Below, one piece after another: positions 1-7,623 of a stretch of 64,000 nucleotides of DNA; within the stretch, counting starts at the first letter, position 1; each line of letters opens with the position of its first letter. The position numbers were made by a program, and so were the translations under genes. The DNA is taken from NCBI RefSeq assembly GCF_018385415.1, contig NZ_JAHAZA010000070.1; one strand, written 5' to 3'. The notes beneath the pieces were generated by a model. That model searched no databases, was not told the origin of the DNA, and saw only the letters and a program-made list of their open reading frames with translations. The stretch is from Treponema sp. GTDB taxonomy: Bacteria; Spirochaetota; Spirochaetia; Treponematales; Treponemataceae.

Positions 1-2
1 TT

Positions 3-206
3 TGTGGAATTAATCTTGGCTATATTAATGCATTGAAGATTCGTCTTTATAAATACGACTGGCTTGATCAGCATAAAGATTTAAAAAATGCAAAAGACAG
101 AAAAAATATTCCTTGGGATGCTTTGCTTAAAGAGGATAAAGATATCCTTAGCAAGAAATCACTTAAGACAATGCTTATGCCTTGGAAAGATAAAAATGAG
201 GATTAA
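3..206 (+). CDS. 3' end of a hypothetical protein (partial, begins before the window)
   Basis: Open frame from base 3 (CGINLGYINALKIRLYKYDWL...MLMPWKDKNED) to TAA at 204-206; translated by hand, not in the ORF track. Confidence 0.7.
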   Translation, partial: CGINLGYINALKIRLYKYDWLDQHKDLKNAKDRKNIPWDALLKEDKDILSKKSLKTMLMPWKDKNED

Positions 207-245
207 TTATTTTCTATAATTTACGCAAAAAAAAGTAGTAAGCTA

Positions 246-274
246 TTGACATAAATCCTTATATTGTATAATAT
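246..274 (+). promoter_or_regulatory. sigma70-type promoter of tRNA-Met
   Basis: TTGACA 246-251; TATAAT 267-272 (15-bp spacer) or TAATAT 269-274 (17-bp spacer); directly upstream of the tRNA. Confidence 0.65.
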
Positions 275-285
275 AAGGACATTAC

Positions 286-358
286 GGCACCCTAGCTCAG
301 TTGGTAGAGCGCACGGCTCATATCCGTATGGTCATTGGTTCAATCCCGATGGGTGCTA
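286..358 (+). tRNA. tRNA-Met(CAT), probably elongator; CCA not encoded
   Basis: Cloverleaf: acceptor GGCACCC/GGGTGCT, D arm GCTC-AGTTGGTA-GAGC, anticodon loop CT-CAT-AT, T arm ATTGG-TTCAATC-CCGAT. Lacks the initiator GGG/CCC anticodon stem; Ile2 is not fully excluded. Confidence 0.93.
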
Positions 359-393
359 AAAAGCAGAAAACGAAAGTTTTCTGCTTTTTTTTT
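358..393. terminator. Bidirectional rho-independent terminator between tRNA-Met and nrdG
   Basis: AAAAAGCAGAAAAC-GAAA-GTTTTCTGCTTTTT hairpin with flanking A and T tracts, between convergent genes. Confidence 0.9.
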
Positions 394-418
394 CTGTAAA
401 ATGTTAGTGATGTTTTCT

Positions 419-1201
419 TTATCTTAACGCACTTGCTGGTATTAAGGTTTTTGCCAGGTCTACAAGTTCCTTGAGCTGGGCATCTGTGTATGGGGTAACT
501 TCATTGTATGCTGGATCGATGCAGTTTTCGTTTCTGAACTGTGCAAATTGCCATGATGCGTCTTGAGGAATAATAGAGGCCATATTTTTGATATCTGTTT
601 TTCCTACAAGACCAGGAACCAGTACGGTTCTTATTTCATAATTTTCGTTACCTAAGGTTTGTATCAGAGCGATTGAGGCATTTATAAGCTCATTAAAATC
701 TGCATGAACGAAATTTGCAACAGGTTTTATTTCGGCATTATAGCGTGAAGGGCTTGTTTTAAAGTCCATGGCTATAAAATCTGGTCGTGTTTCTGGATCA
801 GACAGGAGTTTTTCAAGAAGAAGGGGAAGTGTTCCGTTTGTATCAAGCTTTACACTGTATCCCATTTTCTTTGCACGTCTTATAAGCTCTGGTGTTACAG
901 GATTTAGAAGAGGTTCTCCGCCTGAAATTACAAGACCATTCATTACATTCTTTCTATTAAAAAGATGTTCCAGAACCTGTACGGGAGAAACGAACTGCTG
1001 GTTTGATTCTTCTACTTGGGTGTCTTTTAAAATTCCTTTTACTAATTCTACATTATAGCAGTAAGGACAGCGAAGGTTGCAGCCTCTTAAAAAATAAGCA
1101 CTTGCAACCTTGCCAGGAAAGTCTACAAGCGTTGTTTTAATCAAAACGCCTGTAGATTTTGTTAATAATTCGTCGATGTTATTATTCGAACTTTCAGTCA
1201 T
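419..1201 (-). CDS. nrdG: Anaerobic ribonucleoside-triphosphate reductase activating protein (radical SAM)
   Basis: TTLVDFPGK, GCNLRCPYCYN (CxxxCxxC), ISGGEP, KLDTNG; adjacent to nrdD. Confidence 0.93.
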   Translation of the reverse strand: MTESSNNNIDELLTKSTGVLIKTTLVDFPGKVASAYFLRGCNLRCPYCYNVELVKGILKDTQVEESNQQFVSPVQVLEHLFNRKNVMNGLVISGGEPLLNPVTPELIRRAKKMGYSVKLDTNGTLPLLLEKLLSDPETRPDFIAMDFKTSPSRYNAEIKPVANFVHADFNELINASIALIQTLGNENYEIRTVLVPGLVGKTDIKNMASIIPQDASWQFAQFRNENCIDPAYNEVTPYTDAQLKELVDLAKTLIPASALR

Positions 1202-1204
1202 TTA

Positions 1205-1747
1205 TTATGCCAATGCAACAGCTGGTTCAAAAATTGCTGTAAGTTCTTCAACGTTGTGACCGCGGGCAACTTCTTTACCTTCTGCATTGTATACGATAAC
1301 TGTAGGAGCTGCAAAAACGCCTTTGAGGGCTGCTTCGTCAAGTCCTTCTATTGTGTCAACATCAATCATTTTACCTGCAAGATTAATGTTTGCCATGTAT
1401 GCCTTTACTGGTGGACAGTTAGGGCATGTCTTTCTTACGAAAAGTTCATAAGAAGCAAGTTCGTTTGATGTAACTACTGCATCAGTTTTTACAGCTTCTT
1501 TCTTTTCTGCTTTTACAGCAGCATTAGCTGTTGTGTTATTTCCGTCGTAGCGGTTTGATGCTTCCAGCGTAAACATTTTGCGAAGCTTGAATTCGTCAGA
1601 TTTGCCTTTGTTCCAGTTGCGTACAGCACGGTAGTATCCTACGATACGTGCATAAACTTCTGTCTGTGTTCCATGAACATCAGATAATTCCTGCTGAACC
1701 TGAGCAATTTCTGCGTTGACCTGATCCAATGAACGTGTTTCCATCAT
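1205..1747 (-). CDS. Stand-alone NrdD C-terminal glycyl-radical domain fused to a glutaredoxin/thioredoxin-like domain (180 aa)
   Basis: TEVYARIVGYYRAVRNWNKGKSDEF is the class III RNR Gly-radical motif; Ala/Lys-rich linker; C-terminal CPNC and AAPT cis-Pro loop. Start moved to ATG 1747 (GGAGG RBS at 1761-1757). Confidence 0.88.
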   Translation of the reverse strand: MMETRSLDQVNAEIAQVQQELSDVHGTQTEVYARIVGYYRAVRNWNKGKSDEFKLRKMFTLEASNRYDGNNTTANAAVKAEKKEAVKTDAVVTSNELASYELFVRKTCPNCPPVKAYMANINLAGKMIDVDTIEGLDEAALKGVFAAPTVIVYNAEGKEVARGHNVEELTAIFEPAVALA

Positions 1748-1769
1748 AATATAGTTCCTCCCATTTATG

Positions 1770-1785
1770 GTACTAAATATAGCGT
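1770..1785. promoter_or_regulatory. NrdR box 1 upstream of the Gly-radical/redoxin gene
   Basis: GTACTAAATATAGCGT fits the NrdR consensus acaCwAtATaTwGtgt; overlaps the predicted -10. Confidence 0.75.
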
Positions 1786-1804
1786 GATTTTTATAAAAAG
1801 TCAA
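1776..1804 (-). promoter_or_regulatory. Internal sigma70 promoter for the Gly-radical/redoxin gene and nrdG
   Basis: Minus strand TTGACT (1804-1799), 17 bp, TATATT (1781-1776). Confidence 0.65.
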
Positions 1805-1811
1805 CTAGTTA

Positions 1812-1827
1812 ACACTATATTTAGTAT
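1812..1827. promoter_or_regulatory. NrdR box 2 upstream of the Gly-radical/redoxin gene
   Basis: ACACTATATTTAGTAT, near-consensus; 42 bp from box 1 (four helical turns). Confidence 0.8.
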
Positions 1828-1888
1828 CGAAATAATCCTTTTATTTCTTTAGTTTTTTTTATCTTTATATTCTTAAAGTAAAAGCAGC

Positions 1889-4003
1889 CTACTGTCCGTT
1901 TTTTGCTTCAAGAATCTTTCTTTCTGTTTCAAGCTCTGAAAGTCTCTGTTTAAGTTCCATTTCCCGTTCTGCTTTACATTTTGGACACTCAAATACCTGT
2001 CCGCTTAAATATCCGTGGATATGGCAGATAGAATATGTTGGTGAAATTGTAAAGAATGGAATTCTATAGTTGTGTGAAATGTTTTTAATCAATTCACCGC
2101 AAGATTTCCAGTCTTTGATTGCTTCACCCATAAATACGTGGAACATTGTTCCACCTGTGTATTTAGTCTGAAGTGATTCCTGATGATCCAATGCTTCAAA
2201 TACGTCTGCTGTGTAGTCAACTGGAAGCTGACTTGAGTTTGTATAGAATGGATCGTCTTTTCCGCTTGTAATGATATCAGGGAACTGTTCCTTGTCATGA
2301 CGTGCAAGACGGTAAGATGTGCTTTCAGCAGGAGTTGCTTCAAGGTTGAAGAGATCTCCTGTTTCTTCCTGATAGTCCTGCATTCTTTCTCTCATGTGTG
2401 TGAGAACTTTTTCTGCAAATGCTTTTCCTTTTGGATCTGTAATATTTACACCAAGGAAGTTAAGACAACATTCATTCATTCCACAAAGACCGATTGTGTT
2501 GAAATGGTTGTTAAGTGTCTTAAGGTAGCGTTTAGTATATGGGAAAAGTCCACCGTCATAAAGGCGCTGAATAACTTTTCTCTTAACGCAGAGACTTTCT
2601 TTTGCAAGGTCCATAAGGTAATCAAGGCGTCTGAAGAATGCTTCTTCTGAATCAGCAAGGTAACCGATCTGTGGAAGGTTGATTGTAACAACACCGATAG
2701 AACCTGTAAATTCATCAGCACCGAAAAGACCACCACCACGACGGCGCAGCTCCCGTTTATCAAGCTGGAGACGGCAGCACATAGAACGCACGTCAGATGG
2801 GTTAAGATCTGAGTTTACGAAGTTCTGGAAGTTAGGTGTTCCGTACTGAGCTGTCATTGTAAAAAGAAGCTTTGCGTTTTCAGAAGTCCAGTCAAAATCT
2901 TTTGTAATGTTGTATGTAGGAATTGGATAAGCAAATCCACGTCCTTCTGCATCACCTTCAATCATAAGTTCAATGAGAACTTTGTTGATGAGGTCCATTT
3001 CTTTCTGACAGTCACCGTATGTGTAATCCTGTTCTTTTCCGCCTACAATGGCTTTTTTGTTCTTAAGGTCGTCTGGACATACCCAGTCAAGAGTAATGTT
3101 TGTAAATGGTGCCTGTGAACCCCAGCGGCTAGGTGTGTTTACACCGTAGATGTAGCTTTGGATGCACTGACGAACCTGTTTTTCGTTAAGTTTATCTGCA
3201 CGGATGAATGGTGCAAGGTATGTATCGAATGAAGAGAATGCCTGAGCACCAGCCCATTCGTTCTGCATGATTCCGAGGAAGTTAACGATCTGGTTTACAA
3301 GTGTAGAAAGGTGAGTAGCAGGGCTTGATGTAATCTTATCTGTAACTCCACCAAGACCTTCCTGGATAAGCTGGCGCAAAGACCATCCTGCACAGTATCC
3401 AGAGAACATAGAAAGGTCATGGATATGGAATGCAGCCGTCTTGTGAGCTTCTTTAACTTCTTTTGAATAAATATTGTTAAGCCAGTAGTTGGCTGTAATA
3501 GTTCCTGAGTTGTGGAGGATAAGACCACCAAGTGAGAAGTTTACGTTTGCGTTTTCGTTAACGCGCCAGTCACTCTGACCAAGGTAGCCGTCCATTGTCT
3601 TGTTGATGTCAACCATAAGGTTTTTAGCATCACGGACTGCTTCGTGGTGCGCACGGTAAAGAATGTATGCTTTTGCAATATCTACTTCTTTATTTTCGAT
3701 AAGTGCGTTTTCTACCATATCCTGAATTTCTTCGATTGCAGGAATTGAATGAGCACGGCGTCCTGCCATGAGTATTCTGATTTTATCTTCAACGCAGTCT
3801 GTTAAATGTGAAGCTTTTTCCGGGTTAGGGAATTTTTCCACTGCTTCAATGGCTTTTCCGATAGCCTTTTCAATTTTTGATCTGTCATAAGGTACAACAG
3901 ATCCTGATCTTTTTACTACGCTTTTAATGAAGTTCTGTGCTTCTGCGTCCTGTGATGTTCCTAAGAAACTTTTCCATTCAGGAAATACTGACTGGTCACT
4001 CAT
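1889..4003 (-). CDS. nrdD: Class III (anaerobic) ribonucleoside-triphosphate reductase, large chain lacking the glycyl-radical C-terminus
   Basis: N-terminal ATP cone (VVKRSG), HIHDL, SGYC, SMCCRL finger loop, EATPAESTSYR, YTNS, Zn ribbon CHIH...CPKC. No RxxGY motif before the stop. Confidence 0.93.
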   Translation of the reverse strand: MSDQSVFPEWKSFLGTSQDAEAQNFIKSVVKRSGSVVPYDRSKIEKAIGKAIEAVEKFPNPEKASHLTDCVEDKIRILMAGRRAHSIPAIEEIQDMVENALIENKEVDIAKAYILYRAHHEAVRDAKNLMVDINKTMDGYLGQSDWRVNENANVNFSLGGLILHNSGTITANYWLNNIYSKEVKEAHKTAAFHIHDLSMFSGYCAGWSLRQLIQEGLGGVTDKITSSPATHLSTLVNQIVNFLGIMQNEWAGAQAFSSFDTYLAPFIRADKLNEKQVRQCIQSYIYGVNTPSRWGSQAPFTNITLDWVCPDDLKNKKAIVGGKEQDYTYGDCQKEMDLINKVLIELMIEGDAEGRGFAYPIPTYNITKDFDWTSENAKLLFTMTAQYGTPNFQNFVNSDLNPSDVRSMCCRLQLDKRELRRRGGGLFGADEFTGSIGVVTINLPQIGYLADSEEAFFRRLDYLMDLAKESLCVKRKVIQRLYDGGLFPYTKRYLKTLNNHFNTIGLCGMNECCLNFLGVNITDPKGKAFAEKVLTHMRERMQDYQEETGDLFNLEATPAESTSYRLARHDKEQFPDIITSGKDDPFYTNSSQLPVDYTADVFEALDHQESLQTKYTGGTMFHVFMGEAIKDWKSCGELIKNISHNYRIPFFTISPTYSICHIHGYLSGQVFECPKCKAEREMELKQRLSELETERKILEAKNGQ

Positions 4004-4464
4004 TTCAGGTCCCCTCCTATCTTTTTTACCTCGTTTATGAACTCTTCAAGGTTTTCAAAATGTTTATATACTGATGCAAATCTAATGTATGCAACTTTAT
4101 CAACGGTACTAAGACGAGCAAGTACTAATTCGCCAAGCTCGCTGGTTGTAATTTCTCTTGAAATTCGTCCCTTCATCAAAGCTTCGTCTTCAATTTCGCT
4201 GACAATGAGGTCAGTCATTGAAGTTGCAATAGGACGCTTTTCAAGTGCCCGCTCAATTCCTTTTGCAAGCTTTTCACGCTCAAAAGGCTGACGGCGACCG
4301 TCTCGTTTTACAACATTAAACGGTTTTTCTTCTATTCGTTCATGGCTGGTAAATCTGTAACCGCATTGAAGGCATTCACGACGGCGTCTGATGATTTCCC
4401 CTTCACCTAACGTTCTTGACTCAATTACTTTGTCATCGTTATTGCCACAATTTGGACATCTCAT
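4000..4464 (-). CDS. nrdR: Transcriptional repressor NrdR
   Basis: MRCPNC, IRRRRECLQCGYRFTS, ATP cone VVKRDG, AYIRFASVY; its stop overlaps the nrdD start (ATGA). Confidence 0.96.
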   Translation of the reverse strand: MRCPNCGNNDDKVIESRTLGEGEIIRRRRECLQCGYRFTSHERIEEKPFNVVKRDGRRQPFEREKLAKGIERALEKRPIATSMTDLIVSEIEDEALMKGRISREITTSELGELVLARLSTVDKVAYIRFASVYKHFENLEEFINEVKKIGGDLK

Positions 4465-4476
4465 CTTTTTTACCTT

Positions 4477-4539
4477 ACTTCGTATATAGTGTTAAAAGCG
4501 AAGTAAGGTCATTATATACCACTAAATATGAATTCACAA
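4477..4539 (-). promoter_or_regulatory. nrdR-nrdD promoter with two degenerate NrdR boxes
   Basis: Minus strand TTGTGA (4539-4534), 17 bp, TATAAT (4516-4511). Boxes ACTTCGTATATAGTGT (4477-4492) and CCACTAAATATGAATT (4519-4534) are 42 bp apart. Confidence 0.6.
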
Positions 4540-4584
4540 GTGAATTTTTGCAGGAATTTACAAATTTGGGAAAAAAAATTGTAA

Positions 4585-6210
4585 TTATCTATACAAGAAA
4601 AGATATATAGCTGTAAGACATATAAAACATATCAGTAAAAAGCAGAACCATTCACCAAAAATTGCATAAAATGTCAAAAAGTTTCTATATATTGGTATAC
4701 TGCAGGAAAGTTCATCCTGAACAAACAACGGGAGGCTGTAAATTACATGTCCTGAAGGATCTTCTACAATAGTACAGCCGGAATTTGTAGATCTGACTAA
4801 TGTTGTCCTAAATTCAATGGCACGGTACCATGCAATTACAAAATGCTGGTATTCTGCTGATTTTTTCTGGCTCCAGGAATCGTCTGTCATATTGACAAAA
4901 ACCTCTGTTCCGTTCTTTTTAAGACCGGCAAATATATTTCCGAATGCATCTTCAAAGCAAAGAGGTGTGCTTATAACTGCAGATTCTCCTGGATAATCGG
5001 ATAAAGGAATTTCAAAGGTCTTGAACTCTTTTCCAGGCACCCATCCGACTACAAATCCTACGATTTTTTGTAAAACAGAGCGAAGGACTGCATTTTCTGA
5101 GAATGGAATATGCTCTGCAAAAGGAACAAGATGCATTTTTGCATAATAATCTTTATATTCACCATTGGAATTGAATATAATAGCGGCATTGGAAAATTTC
5201 CGCTCTTCAAAATTATGGCAGTAAGGAGCTCCAATGATTGTAGGAGCGTTAATCTGGGCAAGAAATGGTAAAAGAGGATTTAATTCAGGGTAAAACCTGT
5301 AGTGTACATCAGAGCCTTGTGGGAACGGATAATGAAGAACACCTTCGCTCCAGACTACCAGATCTGGCTTTTTCCCTTCATTTTTAAGTTCTTCAACACC
5401 TTTTAATGTAAGGCGCTGGGAATCATATATTGTCTGATCGTCGTCAGGCTGCTTCCATGGATCATAGTTCTGCTGTATAAGGATAGCATTTATATGTTTT
5501 ATTGGAGTTCGTTTTATGGTGTACTGAAAAAGACCGTAGACGGTTGAAAGTGTAAAAAGCAGTAACACTGAAGAAAATGTTGCTTTATTGCGGCCGAAAA
5601 TTTCTTTTTCACTATATTTAAGGTAGTCAAGAAGTAAAAATGTCATTGAGGAAGCAAAGTAGCTTATTAAAAAGGTAACTCCACGCACTCCTGTAATGTC
5701 AGCAATCTGGGTAATAAGCTTCTGACTGTAGGCACACATAGGGATAGTACCCCATGGGTATGCAAGATAACCTGAGGATTTTACAAATTCCCAGACTGTA
5801 TATACTGAAGCAAGCCAGATGGCTTTGAATGTGTTGGAGTGTAAAAACTCTATGACAGGTGAATTATCTGAATTTGAAAAGCTTTTAATGTATGAAGGCA
5901 AGCGGAATAATGGTGCAAAAAATGAATGAAGAACCGCGGTACCCAGGGCAGAAGCTCCAAGTGTAAAAAGTGCAAATTCCTTTGAAAATGTAAGCCAGTA
6001 GCTTGAAAGAAGATGAGCTGTAAGGCTTTGGATAAAGCAAAGGATAACAGCCTGCTTTAGATTTTTACTTTTTTCCAGAGCAACAAAATGAGGAATCAAT
6101 GCAATCATACCCAGAATAAAGCTTCCATACTGAAGAAGTTCATTTGGGACAGAAAGGGCAAGAAGAATTCCTGATGTCAGTTCCAGAATTAGTAACGAAT
6201 AAAAATGCAT
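4585..6210 (-). CDS. lnt: Apolipoprotein N-acyltransferase
   Basis: Multi-TM N-terminus with YPWG; nitrilase-fold triad VWSE, YAKMHLVPFAE, LCFED. Confidence 0.93.
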   Translation of the reverse strand: MHFYSLLILELTSGILLALSVPNELLQYGSFILGMIALIPHFVALEKSKNLKQAVILCFIQSLTAHLLSSYWLTFSKEFALFTLGASALGTAVLHSFFAPLFRLPSYIKSFSNSDNSPVIEFLHSNTFKAIWLASVYTVWEFVKSSGYLAYPWGTIPMCAYSQKLITQIADITGVRGVTFLISYFASSMTFLLLDYLKYSEKEIFGRNKATFSSVLLLFTLSTVYGLFQYTIKRTPIKHINAILIQQNYDPWKQPDDDQTIYDSQRLTLKGVEELKNEGKKPDLVVWSEGVLHYPFPQGSDVHYRFYPELNPLLPFLAQINAPTIIGAPYCHNFEERKFSNAAIIFNSNGEYKDYYAKMHLVPFAEHIPFSENAVLRSVLQKIVGFVVGWVPGKEFKTFEIPLSDYPGESAVISTPLCFEDAFGNIFAGLKKNGTEVFVNMTDDSWSQKKSAEYQHFVIAWYRAIEFRTTLVRSTNSGCTIVEDPSGHVIYSLPLFVQDELSCSIPIYRNFLTFYAIFGEWFCFLLICFICLTAIYLFLYR

Positions 6211-6265
6211 GAGCCTATTATAATGTTTTGCATATATAAATGAAAGATTATTTAATCAATTCAAT

Positions 6266-6294
6266 TTGATTTATTGAAAAACCTGGGGTATAAT
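6266..6294 (+). promoter_or_regulatory. Putative sigma70 promoter of the galK-like/surE operon
   Basis: TTGATT (6266-6271), 17 bp, TATAAT (6289-6294). Confidence 0.5.
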
Positions 6295-6413
6295 AACTAT
6301 ATATAGTAGTGTTAATCCTTGAAATTTTTGATTTTGAAGGGTAACGGATAATTAAATTAAGTTGTTTATTTAAAAGCATTGATTTAAGAAAAAAAACTAA
6401 ACGGGGTGTGGGA

Positions 6414-7595
6414 ATGAAAAAAATCTTTGAAATACATGAGAAAATATACGGAGAACCGCCAAAACTGGCAGTTGAAACTCCGGGGCGATTTCATCTTTTA
6501 GGTGAACATTCATGGTTCTGTAAAGATAAAACACTTTCTATGGCAGTGAATCTTCCTGTCTATATTTCTGTTTCGTTAAGAGATGATTCTGCTGTACATT
6601 TCTACTTCCACCAGCTTAATGAAGAGAAGAAAACATCTTTGTCCAGTTTAAGGGTAAAAAAAGAAGACCGCTGGGCAAATAATATGAAGGCTATGCTTTA
6701 TGGTTTTACATCAGGCGGTTATGAGTTAAAGGGAATGAATTTTACGGTTTATACTGAAATTCTTCCTTCTGCTGGTTTTGGTATTACAACAGCCATTAAG
6801 GTAGGAACTGCTTTTGCAATCCGTCAGCTTTTAAAGCTTAACTGTTCAGATGTACAGCTTTTGCAGGTAATTGAAAGAGGAAATAAACTTTTCTTACATA
6901 CAGGAAATTATATTGCAGACAACTTTGCTGCCTTGTATTCAAAGCCTGGTAACCTTATTCTTACTGATCATGCTGCCGGAACTTATGATTTTATTCCTTT
7001 TGATTTTAAGGATAAGAAAATATTCCTTACAGATGCGAAAGTTCCTCGTATTGATATCTGGGATGAAGAATCTATCAGAGAACCTGAGAATGTTCTTCTT
7101 CTTGGTGACCTTCGTGAACGTAAAAATACTGTTTACGGCGGATGGCGTTATGAGCAGAGTGCAACAGAAATTAATGAAACACTTTCAATTATTTCTGAAG
7201 ACACAAAGAAAAAGCTTCTTTATATCATAAAAGAGCATCAGCTTGTTATTGATTCAAGAGATGCTGTTATCAATGGAAAATTTGGAACATTTGCCCGTTG
7301 TATAAATCAGAGTCACGAAAACCTGAGGGAACTTTATAATCTTTCATGTCCAGAAATTGACTGGATTTTAAAGCGTGTTAATGAACTTGAGCCTGAGCTT
7401 GAATATATTCATGATCCTGTAACCTGTGGTCGTATTACAGGAAAAGGATTCGGACGCTGTCTTTTTGCAATTATCCGTAAAGAAGATATTGAGACATATA
7501 AGAGCAAGCTAGAAGAATATGAAAGAATCTTCGGCTTTACTCCTGAGACATTTGAAGTTAAGCCTGCAAAAGGTGCTCATGTAATCAGAAGCTAG
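6414..7595 (+). CDS. Galactokinase-family (GHMP kinase) protein with divergent motifs
   Basis: PGRFHLLGEHSWF, LSCPEID, GRITGKGFGRC; ATG 6414 preferred to GTG 6408. Confidence 0.8.
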   Translation: MKKIFEIHEKIYGEPPKLAVETPGRFHLLGEHSWFCKDKTLSMAVNLPVYISVSLRDDSAVHFYFHQLNEEKKTSLSSLRVKKEDRWANNMKAMLYGFTSGGYELKGMNFTVYTEILPSAGFGITTAIKVGTAFAIRQLLKLNCSDVQLLQVIERGNKLFLHTGNYIADNFAALYSKPGNLILTDHAAGTYDFIPFDFKDKKIFLTDAKVPRIDIWDEESIREPENVLLLGDLRERKNTVYGGWRYEQSATEINETLSIISEDTKKKLLYIIKEHQLVIDSRDAVINGKFGTFARCINQSHENLRELYNLSCPEIDWILKRVNELEPELEYIHDPVTCGRITGKGFGRCLFAIIRKEDIETYKSKLEEYERIFGFTPETFEVKPAKGAHVIRS

Positions 7596-7623
7596 ATCTG
7601 CTTTTATTCTTAGGGGGCCGTAA

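Noticed and set aside
1748..1804. TTG start and 19-aa N-terminal extension given by the ORF track
   Set aside because: The TTG is part of the predicted -35 (TTGACT), the region holds an NrdR box, and a GGAGG RBS points to ATG 1747.
1748..1888. nrdD as a frameshifted pseudogene, or an intron/intein between the halves
   Set aside because: The spacer is only 141 nt and holds a promoter, an RBS and operators; both halves keep their catalytic motifs; I see no intron structure or intein termini.
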